From positions 186,001 through 250,000 of the IMG/VR virus record IMGVR_UViG_3300023179_004149: 64,000 nucleotides of DNA. One strand, given 5' to 3'. The position numbers and the translations under genes were made by a program. The notes under the pieces were generated by a model that was given only the letters and a program-made list of their open reading frames with translations, ran no database searches and had not been told where the DNA came from. Of the stretch, positions 8,475 to 18,350 are shown one piece after another (the stretch's first letter is position 1; each line of letters starts with the position of its first letter).

Positions 8475-10934
8475 TTATATTAGTGATACTAATATTTTAT
8501 CTTTTTCTTTATCAAAGATAACACTGAAGTTAGCACTTTCTGGCATACCAGCAACCAATAATTCATCGGACATAGGATCTTCTACATACTTCTGGATAGT
8601 TCTCTGTAATTCTCTAGCACCGTAAGTTCGGTTATAACCCAATTTAGCCAACTTTTCTTTTACGTCTTCTGTTACAGTAAATCTATAGTTGGACTCAGCT
8701 AACCTATCCGACAAATCATTCAGTTGAATATCAACGATTTTTATAATATCTTCTGTGTTCAAATGCTTGAAGAATATAACCTCATCGAGACGATTTAAAA
8801 ACTCTGGTTTGAAGTGTTTCCTAAGGGCTTTTTCAATGATATCCTTGCTGGTATCATCAGATGATTCTGATGCATTAAACCCGATTTTTACTCCGAAGTC
8901 TTGTACTTCTTTTAGACCAGTGTTAGATGTCATAATAATAATGGTATTTTTAAAATTCACCTTTCTACCAGAACCATCGGTAAGATGTCCCTCATCCAAT
9001 AACTGGAGTAGCGTATTGAAAATATCGGGGTGTGCTTTTTCAATCTCATCAAATAAGATAACCGAGTAAGGTTTATTTCTCACTTGTTCGGTTAACTGAC
9101 CACCTTCATTGTAACCAACGTATCCTGGAGGCGCACCGATAAGTTTGGTTACATTGAATTTTTCACCGTATTCAGACATATCGACACGGATAAGAGAATC
9201 TTCAGTACCAAACACCTTTTTACTCAAAACCTTGGCAAGTTCTGTTTTACCAACACCAGATGGGCCTATAAACATAAACGAACCTATGGGTTTATTTTGT
9301 TTGCGGATACCCGTCCTATTTCGTTTGATTGCCGATGCGATCTTTTCAATCGCATCTTGTTGCCCAACAACAGAATTGCTTATTTCTTTATCAATATTGA
9401 TTAAACGTTTGATTTCGTTTTCAGATACCTTAGTAATGGGGACACCTGTCATCATTGATACAACCTCACATATCATTTCGTCATCAACCACCGTTTTTTC
9501 GGTTGAGATGCGATTTTTCCACTCTGCGTTTCTTTTATCGAGTTCAGTAATAACTTTCTTTTCCTGGTCTCTAAGCTCAGCCGCTTTCTCGAAATCCTGG
9601 CTCTTAACAACAAGCTGTTTGTTATCTTTTATTACTTTGAGTCTATCTTCAAGCACCTTAATTTCTTTAGGTGCTTTCAGACTAACCCGAGCACGTGAAC
9701 CCGCTTCATCCATAATATCAATAGCCTTATCTGGAAACTCACGATTTGTGATATACCTATCAGCCAAACGAACAATCTCGTCTATGGCTTCGTCAGTATA
9801 AGTTACATTATGAAAATCTTGGTATTTATCCTTTAAGTTAAGGAGAATTTGTTTTGTTTCAACTAGGGTGGGTGCGTTGATTATAACCCTTTGGAATCTT
9901 CTTTCCAGGGCACCATCCTTTTCGATGTACTCACGATATTCGTCAAGAGTAGTCGCACCTATACATTGTACCTCACCTCTCGCCAAAGCGGGTTTAAATA
10001 CGTTTGCCGCATCTAATGCACCAGCACCATTACCCGCACCAACAAGTGTGTGTAATTCATCCACAAATAAGATAACATTTCTGTTATCACGTACTTCCTC
10101 TAAAAGACCTTTGATCCTTTGTTCAAACTCACCACGATATTTTGTACCCGCAACCATTAAAGTAAGGTCGAGAGCAACAAGGCGCTTACCCTGTAGTGTA
10201 CGAGGACAATCGTTATTTGCTATTTTAACCGCTAACCCTTCGGCTATAGCCGTCTTACCAACACCTGGGTCACCAATTAATACGGGGTTGTTCTTTTTGC
10301 GTCTACTGATGATTTGTGCTACCCTTTCAACCTCAGCTTCTCTACCAATTACTGGGTCAAGTTTACCTTGGGATGCTAATGTTGTGAGATCACGACTGAA
10401 ATTATCTAATATTGGCGTCTTAGATTTTATATTTTTTGAGGATGAAGATGATTCACCACTAGAAGATCCTTTTTTACCAGATTCTTCATCGAAGTAACCA
10501 TCGGTTACGTTGAGTTGTTTCAACCTTCTCTCGATGAAAGGTTTTGTAATGTTACAATCTTTGATGATTTTGATAATTGCCACGTTTAAATCCATTGCAG
10601 TAAGGAAGAATAGTTCTGGGTTTATGTTTTCTTCTTTCTTTTTAATTTTTGAGCACTGCATTAACACCTCCTGTAATAGAGTATCGAAATGCAATATGCT
10701 TTCGTTTGTAATATCGGCTTGTTCGGTCTGTCTTTTGTTAAAATTCTCGATATCCTGGACTAATAGTCCAAAGTCGGAAACCCTCTCGTTAAGAATCTCA
10801 TGAATTATATTATCGGTAGTTAAAATACCGTACAATACGTGTTCAAGTCTTAGTTTAGAATCCTTACAACGAAAAGCTTCATCTTTTGCGGCATTGAACG
10901 CCAGTCTGAGTTCGTTTGACATTTTTTCTTTCAT
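8475..10934 (-). CDS. clpC: ClpC-type Hsp100 ATPase
   Basis: Clp N-domain, two Walker A motifs (GDPGVGKT, GPSGVGKT), UVR-type middle domain (FEKAAELRD), and IGF ClpP-docking loop. Confidence 0.93.
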   Translation of the reverse strand: MKEKMSNELRLAFNAAKDEAFRCKDSKLRLEHVLYGILTTDNIIHEILNERVSDFGLLVQDIENFNKRQTEQADITNESILHFDTLLQEVLMQCSKIKKKEENINPELFFLTAMDLNVAIIKIIKDCNITKPFIERRLKQLNVTDGYFDEESGKKGSSSGESSSSSKNIKSKTPILDNFSRDLTTLASQGKLDPVIGREAEVERVAQIISRRKKNNPVLIGDPGVGKTAIAEGLAVKIANNDCPRTLQGKRLVALDLTLMVAGTKYRGEFEQRIKGLLEEVRDNRNVILFVDELHTLVGAGNGAGALDAANVFKPALARGEVQCIGATTLDEYREYIEKDGALERRFQRVIINAPTLVETKQILLNLKDKYQDFHNVTYTDEAIDEIVRLADRYITNREFPDKAIDIMDEAGSRARVSLKAPKEIKVLEDRLKVIKDNKQLVVKSQDFEKAAELRDQEKKVITELDKRNAEWKNRISTEKTVVDDEMICEVVSMMTGVPITKVSENEIKRLINIDKEISNSVVGQQDAIEKIASAIKRNRTGIRKQNKPIGSFMFIGPSGVGKTELAKVLSKKVFGTEDSLIRVDMSEYGEKFNVTKLIGAPPGYVGYNEGGQLTEQVRNKPYSVILFDEIEKAHPDIFNTLLQLLDEGHLTDGSGRKVNFKNTIIIMTSNTGLKEVQDFGVKIGFNASESSDDTSKDIIEKALRKHFKPEFLNRLDEVIFFKHLNTEDIIKIVDIQLNDLSDRLAESNYRFTVTEDVKEKLAKLGYNRTYGARELQRTIQKYVEDPMSDELLVAGMPESANFSVIFDKEKDKILVSLI

Positions 10935-10953
10935 GCTTTGACTTTATTTTTTA

Positions 10954-11001
10954 CAAAGATAGGTAATTGTTTGACATTTTCAAAATCTTTTTGTATTTTT
11001 G
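10954..11001. promoter_or_regulatory. Overlapping divergent Bacteroidota-type promoters
   Basis: Minus strand TTTG...TATCTTTG (10954-10984) toward clpC. Plus strand TTTG-N20-TATTTTTG (10970-11001) toward 11017. Confidence 0.7.
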
Positions 11002-11016
11002 TAAAAAAAAAAGATT

Positions 11017-11235
11017 GTGGAAAGATTAACGATATGTTACAAGAATGGTTCATTTGAGGAGATTAATGAGGTTTCCACTTATATAATAAGTGGAAACTTC
11101 CTTTTGGTTGAAACCAAAATAGTACCTCAGTCTGAGGATCCCATTATAAACAAAGTTAACACAGTATACTCGCTGAACGAAATCAAATCTTTTTCAGTAA
11201 CAATAAAAACAACTAAATACAATTTAAATGACTAA
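11017..11235 (+). CDS. Hypothetical protein
   Basis: GTG-start ORF just downstream of the promoter, overlapping the next start. Confidence 0.6.
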   Translation: MERLTICYKNGSFEEINEVSTYIISGNFLLVETKIVPQSEDPIINKVNTVYSLNEIKSFSVTIKTTKYNLND

Positions 11236-11482
11236 AAGTAAAAATTACGAAGGTAGCAAGGTAATCTGCGAATACGACAGCTCAAACCTTAAGAGGGGTG
11301 TATATGATACCGAAACAAAAAAATTAACACTTACCTTTAATAATGAGGGTTTATATGAGTATGATGAAGTACCTCATGAAGTGTTTGCTGCGTTAAACCT
11401 GGCTGAGAGTACTGGTAAGTACTTTAACACTAACATCAAAAAGAATTACAGCTACAGAAAAGTAACCCCAGTATCAGCATAA
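11228..11482 (+). CDS. KTSC-domain protein
   Basis: SSNL...YD.ETKKL.LTF....YEY.EVP..VF..L..AES.GKYFN.NIK..Y pattern. Confidence 0.9.
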   Translation: MTKSKNYEGSKVICEYDSSNLKRGVYDTETKKLTLTFNNEGLYEYDEVPHEVFAALNLAESTGKYFNTNIKKNYSYRKVTPVSA

Positions 11483-11715
11483 TGAAAAAGTGTTTATTAA
11501 TACTCGGATTACTTGCGGGTGCGTATATTACGCATATTGTTTGGCTTGAAAAAGCACACAACAAAATTCTTGCTGATAAAGAATATGTTATTGATAGTCT
11601 TGAGGGTGAAACCTCAACCATATCAATCGATATTGGTTGCTACGAAATTATCTTAGATAAGATTAGATCTGTTGATTCTAGTCTTGTTGATAGTGTGATG
11701 AGAAATGTTGAATAA
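11482..11715 (+). CDS. Hypothetical protein with N-terminal hydrophobic segment
   Basis: Coupled ORF (TAATG overlap). Confidence 0.6.
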   Translation: MKKCLLILGLLAGAYITHIVWLEKAHNKILADKEYVIDSLEGETSTISIDIGCYEIILDKIRSVDSSLVDSVMRNVE

Positions 11716-11729
11716 TTAAGCGATAGTAT

Positions 11730-12014
11730 ATGGAAATCATACAAGTTTATCATCCGCTACAAGATAGTAATACAGAACCAAATAAAATGCAATGTATTAA
11801 TGGGGAATATCCTCATTGGCGTGTTAAAACCGAGAACCTAAAAGTGGGCCAAACGTATCAGGAATGGTTAATGAATAAGAAAGTTTATTGTGAGGGGTAT
11901 TTAATTCCTGGTATATATCTGTATGATATTATGCCAGTGTGTGTGGTTGATGGTGAAACAGCATTAACCATAAGATATGCATATATAATACCTAAAGATA
12001 AAAGAACAACATGA
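11730..12014 (+). CDS. Hypothetical protein
   Basis: ORF in a co-directional run. Confidence 0.55.
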   Translation: MEIIQVYHPLQDSNTEPNKMQCINGEYPHWRVKTENLKVGQTYQEWLMNKKVYCEGYLIPGIYLYDIMPVCVVDGETALTIRYAYIIPKDKRTT

Positions 12015-12127
12015 ATAACATAGATAAACAATACAAATCATTACTCCTGGATATCCTAGATAACGGATATACAAAAAAAGATAGGGTGGGTACTGGAACA
12101 ATGTCGGTATTTGAAGGAAAACCATAA
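12011..12127 (+). pseudogene. Truncated thymidylate synthase N-terminal fragment
   Basis: MNNIDKQYKSLLLDILDNGYTKKDRVGTGTMSVFEGKP* matches the N-terminus of the intact thyA about 100 nt downstream. Confidence 0.8.
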
Positions 12128-12222
12128 TGAATATTATAGAAGAGATTTTAATTAAATTTAAAAAGAAAAAAATCTTATTAAAAGAGAATCTGTAATAAAT
12201 AAAGGAATTAATTTATAATATT

Positions 12223-13332
12223 ATGAATCAATTAGATTTAGATTACCAAGCCCTATTAAAAGACATTTTAGAAAATGGCGTGGAGAAAAAAGATAGGACT
12301 GGTACAGGTACATTGAGTGTTTTTGGAAGACAAATTAGGTATAAGTTTAAAGACGGAAAATTTCCCCTGCTCACAACAAAAAAAATGTACTTCAAAGGCA
12401 TCGTAACCGAACTTTTATGGTTTTTACGTGGAGATACAAACATCAAGTACCTTGTGGATAATGACTGTCATATCTGGGATGGTGATGCGTATAAGAGGTA
12501 CTCAGATCATTTTAAAGGTTATGAAGATGTTATGTCAAAAGAGGTATTTATTCACGAAATAAAAACTAATCCTGAGTTTGCAGCGAAGTGGGGCGAATTA
12601 GGACCTATTTACGGTAAGCAGTGGAGAGATTGGACATACTTTACAAGAGAAAATAAGAAAGACATAAAAGGTATTGATGAGTCAGTTTGCGGCGTTGATA
12701 TATGGGATGGTTATGCTTATCTCAGAACTTTAGACCAAATGCAAAAATTAATCAGCGACTTAAAAACAAATCCAGATTCAAGAAGATTGATGGTAAATGC
12801 CTGGAATGTCGGAGAAGTAGATGAAATGGTTTTGCCCCCATGTCATTATGGGTTTCAGGTTTATACCAGAGAACTAACTTGGGAAGAACAAGTTCAATGG
12901 GTTATGAAAAATACTGATGTTGAATGGGAGAATCTCTACATAGTTGAAGAAATTGCTAAACCGTCTACACCGAAACGAGCAATCTCCTTAATGTGGAATC
13001 AGCGCAGTGTTGACACACCATTGGGGTTACCTTTTAATATAGCGTCATACGCCCTATTGTTGGAGATTGTTGGTAAAATGGTTAATATGGTACCAGATGA
13101 ATTGATTGGAACTTTGGGTGATACTCACATCTACCTTAATCAGGTTGATGGTGTTAAAGAACAGTTAACAAAAGAGCCATATGAATTACCAACACTTAAG
13201 ATGGGTAAATCTGATGATTTTTATAAGTCATTATCTGATGATTTATCATTATTAGGTCATTTAGATCCGTCAGACTTCACGATTGAAAATTATCAATCAC
13301 ATCCAACAATAAAATACCCCCTAAGTAATTAA
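12223..13332 (+). CDS. thyA: Thymidylate synthase
   Basis: DRTGTGT, ELLWFLRG, GPIYGKQWR, LPPCH, QRSVD, GLPFNIASY, DTHIY. Continuous frame, no intron. Confidence 0.97.
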   Translation: MNQLDLDYQALLKDILENGVEKKDRTGTGTLSVFGRQIRYKFKDGKFPLLTTKKMYFKGIVTELLWFLRGDTNIKYLVDNDCHIWDGDAYKRYSDHFKGYEDVMSKEVFIHEIKTNPEFAAKWGELGPIYGKQWRDWTYFTRENKKDIKGIDESVCGVDIWDGYAYLRTLDQMQKLISDLKTNPDSRRLMVNAWNVGEVDEMVLPPCHYGFQVYTRELTWEEQVQWVMKNTDVEWENLYIVEEIAKPSTPKRAISLMWNQRSVDTPLGLPFNIASYALLLEIVGKMVNMVPDELIGTLGDTHIYLNQVDGVKEQLTKEPYELPTLKMGKSDDFYKSLSDDLSLLGHLDPSDFTIENYQSHPTIKYPLSN

Positions 13333-13333
13333 T

Positions 13334-13717
13334 ATGGATAAAATATATATAAATCAAGAAATTACTGATTATGTAATTAATAAATACGGTGAAATTGGTC
13401 TCGATCAAATTATTTCAGGTAAGAAGTTATTGTTTATTGATGAAGAATTAATTAAACTAATAACCTCATCATCAGTTGAAATCTCAATACCAGTTAACGA
13501 ACATGATGAACCGTTTAATAACATTCGGTTTGATTTAAAATACTTACTTAGCAAAGTAAAAACAAATACAGTAAGGTTTAAAAACGGTAAATTAAAAATA
13601 CGTTTGAGATCATTAAAACTATATTTTCAATATTTGCGTTCTTATATTAAGTATATATACCTAAAACACGTATTAAAATTAACAATCATACCCAACTATA
13701 AAATACCCATTAAGTAA
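13334..13717 (+). CDS. Hypothetical protein
   Basis: ORF coupled to the thyA stop. Confidence 0.6.
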   Translation: MDKIYINQEITDYVINKYGEIGLDQIISGKKLLFIDEELIKLITSSSVEISIPVNEHDEPFNNIRFDLKYLLSKVKTNTVRFKNGKLKIRLRSLKLYFQYLRSYIKYIYLKHVLKLTIIPNYKIPIK

Positions 13718-13722
13718 TTAAT

Positions 13723-13962
13723 ATGAGTAGAATAAACAGACGAGCATGGACAATAGCCGAGTACGGTAATAGAAATGTTAAAGGGTTATTTGGTATGATG
13801 GACGTCGCCATCAAAGAAAATCTTAGAATAACCGACGATGAATATAATTTCATTGCTGGTGAAATGACCGATGAGGAAATGGATAATGTCTTAGAAGAGA
13901 AACCAACATTTGCACAGCGCAGAAGAATAATTGAAACTTTAAACAAATACATAGAATATTAA
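13723..13962 (+). CDS. Hypothetical protein
   Basis: ORF in a co-directional run. Confidence 0.65.
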   Translation: MSRINRRAWTIAEYGNRNVKGLFGMMDVAIKENLRITDDEYNFIAGEMTDEEMDNVLEEKPTFAQRRRIIETLNKYIEY

Positions 13963-13963
13963 T

Positions 13964-14128
13964 ATGAACGAAGGTTTTAACACTGATTACACGCCAATAA
14001 CGAAAAAACAAACATTCGAGGATAAGATTGGCCGTTATAAGAACACAATGGAGTTTATTAGAACTCTTATTGGGTTTATTCTGTTAACCATTCAGATATT
14101 TGTTTTAATTAAGCTCTATTCTAATTGA
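13964..14128 (+). CDS. Small membrane protein (54 aa, not in ORF track)
   Basis: MNEGFNTDYTPITKKQTFEDKIGRYKNTMEFIRTLIGFILLTIQIFVLIKLYSN. Starts 1 nt after the previous stop and has a C-terminal TM segment. Confidence 0.6.
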   Translation: MNEGFNTDYTPITKKQTFEDKIGRYKNTMEFIRTLIGFILLTIQIFVLIKLYSN

Positions 14129-14167
14129 TCCTTATTATAAATGGAGATATTTATAATAAAATATTAA

Positions 14168-14908
14168 ATGGATTCAATATTAAAGAGTTTTAAACTCCAA
14201 AAACATCTCAACCCAGATATTTGGGACAATGTTGAAACAGATGAGTTTGATCAGATCACATTAAAATCCGATGTAAGATCCGCATTACTTAAAATAGCCA
14301 AAGATTTTGTTGATTCGTTCAATCTTGAAAACCTCGAGATTGATGATGTTGTTATTATTGGTAGTTTGGTCAATTATAACTGGTCAAAATACTCTGACAT
14401 TGATCTACATATCATTTTTGATAAGTCATCCCTTAAATCGGATGAAACGGTGGTTGATGAGTTATTCGACGCTAAAAAGGAAATATATAACGAAAAGCGC
14501 GATATAACCATCAAGGGTTATGACGTTGAATTATACGCCCAGGGTGTTGGTGAAAAAACAGAATCTCTGGGTAAGTATTCCGTACTTTACAACAAATGGG
14601 AAAATATACCAGATAAAGAGAATTTTGAGTTAAATTCTAAGCTAATCATCAGCAAGGTTAAAGTCTTTGAGAAAGAACTGAAAACCATCGAAAAAATGGA
14701 AGATTCGGAAGCAAAAGTCAATAAGATAAAAAAACTCAAGGAAAAGATCAAAAATTATCGCCAGTCTGGTTTAAAGAAAGAAGGTGAATTTAGTAATGAA
14801 AATATCGTTTTTAAATACCTAAGACGCTCAGGTTACATGGGTAGAATCAACGATATTAAAAATACCGCAAAAGATGCGGTATTAACAATAGAAAACTCCG
14901 AACTTTAA
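14168..14908 (+). CDS. Nucleotidyltransferase, Pol-beta superfamily
   Basis: IIGSLVNYNWSKYSDIDLH (hGS...DxD) plus a later DVELY acidic residue. TATTTATA lies upstream. Confidence 0.85.
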   Translation: MDSILKSFKLQKHLNPDIWDNVETDEFDQITLKSDVRSALLKIAKDFVDSFNLENLEIDDVVIIGSLVNYNWSKYSDIDLHIIFDKSSLKSDETVVDELFDAKKEIYNEKRDITIKGYDVELYAQGVGEKTESLGKYSVLYNKWENIPDKENFELNSKLIISKVKVFEKELKTIEKMEDSEAKVNKIKKLKEKIKNYRQSGLKKEGEFSNENIVFKYLRRSGYMGRINDIKNTAKDAVLTIENSEL

Positions 14909-14957
14909 CGAAAAGCTAGATATTTATAGTTAGAATAAATACAAAAAATTTTTAATT

Positions 14958-15965
14958 ATGAGACCAATCGGTTCAGAAAAAATATCAAATGCTGATGATA
15001 AGCTTGCAAGAATAATGGAGATTGCGGGTATTAAAAAGGGTAACATTGAAGAGGTAAAACCATTTATAGGTAAACAATCTTCTGTTTTACATGAAGCGGT
15101 AGCTGCTGATGGTACCGAATTTGCCATTGTTCAAGAATCAAAGCACGTTTATATTAAAAAATTAGTTAATAACGATTATCAATATATGAGTGGCGTTGAA
15201 AATATTCAAGAACACTCTTATTCGTCATATGCTGAAGCTATGAAACATTTGAACCTTATATTCAAAGATATCAACGAAGCTGTCGGCCAAAAGGAGAACA
15301 TCGATATTTTTAAAAAAAAAAGCTTAAATGAGAAGAAGTATGTCTTAAAATTAAAAAAGACAGGATCTGACATGTCAACACCTCAAGGTGGTGATACCGC
15401 ACAAGATTTCACTGAACCAGCCCAGGACACTGCGGCTGGTTCTTCTGCTTCAACAGACCCTGAAATTGCTGATCTCGAAAACGATTTATTGGGCGGTAAT
15501 GCTGGAGCTGATACCTCAGCTGACGCTGGTGCAGAAACACCAACAGATACTGCGGCACCCGCCGATACAACGCCAGCCGAAGGTGGAAATTCATCAGTTG
15601 AAGAAATACAAAAACTAACTGGACAACTTGCTCAGAAAATGAGAGAAGCTGGACAACAAATGCAACCGACTGATTATAAATCGGTTATTAACTCAATACT
15701 TGCTGCGGTTGATATGTCACAAATGTCAGATAAAGATAAAAATGATATTATCAAGAAAGTGAAACAAGGATCAGCCGAAAACGGTGGTGAGATGAATGAA
15801 TACGGTGAGGAATATGGTTATCAAAGCGACAACGATATGTATAACAACGAACCAGCGAGATATATGGCGAGTGGTGGACAGACAATCGGTGAGGATAGTT
15901 TAAATGAAAGGTTAGAAACAATAATAAAGAGAGCTAAAGAAAATGTTCTCAGAAACAAGATCTAA
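14958..15965 (+). CDS. Hypothetical, probable head-associated protein
   Basis: TATTTATA upstream, repeated (L/I/M)NE motifs, acidic low-complexity linker. Confidence 0.6.
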   Translation: MRPIGSEKISNADDKLARIMEIAGIKKGNIEEVKPFIGKQSSVLHEAVAADGTEFAIVQESKHVYIKKLVNNDYQYMSGVENIQEHSYSSYAEAMKHLNLIFKDINEAVGQKENIDIFKKKSLNEKKYVLKLKKTGSDMSTPQGGDTAQDFTEPAQDTAAGSSASTDPEIADLENDLLGGNAGADTSADAGAETPTDTAAPADTTPAEGGNSSVEEIQKLTGQLAQKMREAGQQMQPTDYKSVINSILAAVDMSQMSDKDKNDIIKKVKQGSAENGGEMNEYGEEYGYQSDNDMYNNEPARYMASGGQTIGEDSLNERLETIIKRAKENVLRNKI

Positions 15966-15972
15966 ATTAACA

Positions 15973-18273
15973 ATGAAAACAAAACAAAGTGTTTTAAATG
16001 AGGTTAACGAAATCAGAAGACACCTAAAGATGCAACCATTAACCGAATCTGAGTTAATGGAAAATGAACTATCTCAAATTGATTTAAGTTCATTAAATGA
16101 AGGTTGGTGGGAGAATGCAAAATATGCGTTATCTAAATTGGGTCGTTATAAAGCTGGTGGTAAGATAATGGGTAAAACTCAAACAACATCAAAAGCAAAT
16201 GCTGAGATAGCGGCGTTATTAAATAAAAAGGGTAACGAAGTTATCAAAATGCTCGATGTACAAATTAAAAAAACAAACCCAGAATTCCCAAATAATAAAA
16301 ATCAGGATGATTTCTTAAATACAATAATGGATATAGCCTACGTATATGATTCAATCATTGCGGCGGCAAAAAAATCACCAAATGAACAGGGTTATTTACC
16401 TGTAGATGCCGCTAATGCAATTATCGCCGATCTTGTACTTTACGTTAAAAAATATTTAGATGTTGATTTAACAGCCGCGTTCTCCGTTTTCACGGAAGCC
16501 GTCGAAGATGTTAGGGCTATTGACCCAGCAGGTAAAAGAGCTAATCTCACACAAAAGTTTGCTGATACTAAACAATCAATTAAACAAGGTGATACACAAG
16601 CATATGATAGTTATCGTATGAAAACACTTAAATCCTGGAGGTTACCATTAGCCTTAACGGGTGCGGCTGCTTCGTTTGGTGCTTTAAGTTGGTTAATTGA
16701 ATATATGTTTCCACCAGAACAACTTAGTCAATGGACACCTCAAATAGTCCAAGAAAAAGCACAAGCTATTCTCGGTAATGTAAAACCAGGTGAAGGTTTG
16801 ACTCAGATCATGAATAAAACTCTTGGTACCAGTTTAAACCCAAATTCAAACCCCAAAGATGTGGTTGCTGCATTATCCAAATTAGGTGGTGGTGACGCTA
16901 ATAAGGGTGTTGAAATCATAACACAAAAAGGCGGTATTTTTGCTGACCCAGAAGCGGCGAGAGGTACCCTTACCATGATTGTAAATAACCCAACAGAACA
17001 CGGAACAACACTAAAACAAGTATTTTCGGGTACTTGGGCGGGTACTGGCCGCGCGGCTGGTGACACACTGGTTACATTACCTGGTAGATCATTAGTTGGT
17101 TTAGTAGTTAAGTCCGTTAAAACATGGGTACTTAAAACAACCGCAATTAAAGGAGCGAAAGCAACAATAGCGGCACCAGTGTTAAAAACATTAGGTATTG
17201 CTTTGTTGGCTGGTGGTGCTGTGGTTGCATTAAGTAGATATAAAGGTCGTAAATCGTCAAGAGCTCAAATGTTAAACGATTTAATGCAATATTTACAACC
17301 AGCTCAACCAAATAAACAAAACCCATCAGTAATACCTCAAAACTCATTACCAACAGCTAAACAACAAGTACAATTAGGTGCTGGCAGTCAAACAAATGGA
17401 CAATTACCCACAGCAAAACAACAAGTACAATTAGGCTCTGGTGCTCAAACCGCTGGACAATTACCCGTTGGCCAACAACGAGCACAACTAGGTACTAATA
17501 GTAAGAAATTAACACAGCCTGGTGATATCGATGATATTATGGCATTGATGGAATTTGTAAATCTTAACAAAATATTTGAAGGTTTGGCTGAGAACGTTAG
17601 TGACGATGATATTACTGGAATTATTAATGAAGCATTAAATAAGTCACAACAAAGCGCACTTCAATCAAGTAATCACTCAAAACTATTTAGACAAGTTGCG
17701 AGTGTTATGTTACCTGATACGGTTGAAAAAATAAGAATGGCCTATAGGGAAAAATACGGTCAACCATTGAATCGTATCAAATTAGCTAATTTCTTACAGA
17801 ACTTTTTTAATACATTAGGTAATATGAAAAAGTCTGACGCTATGACTATATTGAGACGTTTTGATGGTAGTGTAACCGACTTTAATAAATTTGTAAATTC
17901 ATTTAAAGCGGATGACGCTGGTGCGAAAACACCATCACAATCTGGTTTAGTTATCGCTGGTTATGATTTAACGAACGTTTCAAAACCAGCACGTGAAGCT
18001 TTATTTAATAAAGCCAAAGAGATATTACAACGTAACAATATGGATCTTAGTAAAGATAATATTGAAGGTGCCATTGGACAGTTAATAGATGATATTAATG
18101 CCAGTGGTAAGAAAAAAATACCGAAAGCAGGAGAAACAGCACCAGAATCAGATGAGGTTCCGCAGCAAAGCGGTACACCACCAGAAAGGGAACCGTATTA
18201 CTCACAGTCAACATCAACAGGTTCGATAGATTATAATAGACCAAACGACACCGATCAAGGTTATAACGGATAA
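15973..18273 (+). CDS. Large hypothetical virion-type protein with hydrophobic segments
   Basis: Leader VLNEVNEIRRHL..LTE..LNE, two Gly/Ala-rich hydrophobic stretches, and internal repeats. Start placed at MKTKQ. Confidence 0.6.
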   Translation: MKTKQSVLNEVNEIRRHLKMQPLTESELMENELSQIDLSSLNEGWWENAKYALSKLGRYKAGGKIMGKTQTTSKANAEIAALLNKKGNEVIKMLDVQIKKTNPEFPNNKNQDDFLNTIMDIAYVYDSIIAAAKKSPNEQGYLPVDAANAIIADLVLYVKKYLDVDLTAAFSVFTEAVEDVRAIDPAGKRANLTQKFADTKQSIKQGDTQAYDSYRMKTLKSWRLPLALTGAAASFGALSWLIEYMFPPEQLSQWTPQIVQEKAQAILGNVKPGEGLTQIMNKTLGTSLNPNSNPKDVVAALSKLGGGDANKGVEIITQKGGIFADPEAARGTLTMIVNNPTEHGTTLKQVFSGTWAGTGRAAGDTLVTLPGRSLVGLVVKSVKTWVLKTTAIKGAKATIAAPVLKTLGIALLAGGAVVALSRYKGRKSSRAQMLNDLMQYLQPAQPNKQNPSVIPQNSLPTAKQQVQLGAGSQTNGQLPTAKQQVQLGSGAQTAGQLPVGQQRAQLGTNSKKLTQPGDIDDIMALMEFVNLNKIFEGLAENVSDDDITGIINEALNKSQQSALQSSNHSKLFRQVASVMLPDTVEKIRMAYREKYGQPLNRIKLANFLQNFFNTLGNMKKSDAMTILRRFDGSVTDFNKFVNSFKADDAGAKTPSQSGLVIAGYDLTNVSKPAREALFNKAKEILQRNNMDLSKDNIEGAIGQLIDDINASGKKKIPKAGETAPESDEVPQQSGTPPEREPYYSQSTSTGSIDYNRPNDTDQGYNG
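17341..17490 (+). repeat. Three in-frame tandem 19-aa repeats (LPTAKQQVQLG...)
   Basis: ttaccaacagctaaacaacaagtacaattagg, a near-identical copy 57 nt later, and a third degenerate copy. Confidence 0.85.
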
Positions 18274-18277
18274 ATAA

Positions 18278-18301
18278 AACCCAGGTATAAAAACCTGGGT
18301 T
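18278..18301 (+). terminator. Intrinsic terminator
   Basis: aacccaggt-ataaaa-acctgggtt plus T-run. Confidence 0.85.
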
Positions 18302-18350
18302 TTTTATTTGTTAGTCTCAGAAAAAATACTTACTATTGTAAAAAAAGATT

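Noticed and set aside
8755-10803. Long plus-strand ORFs opposite clpC (and similar antisense ORFs elsewhere)
   Set aside because: They are shadow frames of a conserved gene, with no motifs, promoters or plausible composition.
12223-13332. Group I intron in thyA (T4 td-like)
   Set aside because: The frame is continuous with all motifs. The two short insertions are in-frame loops.
15307-15323. TTTTT-A10-G slippery run as a programmed frameshift
   Set aside because: The ORF reads through in frame and I found no convincing alternative-frame product. It may still be a slippage hotspot.
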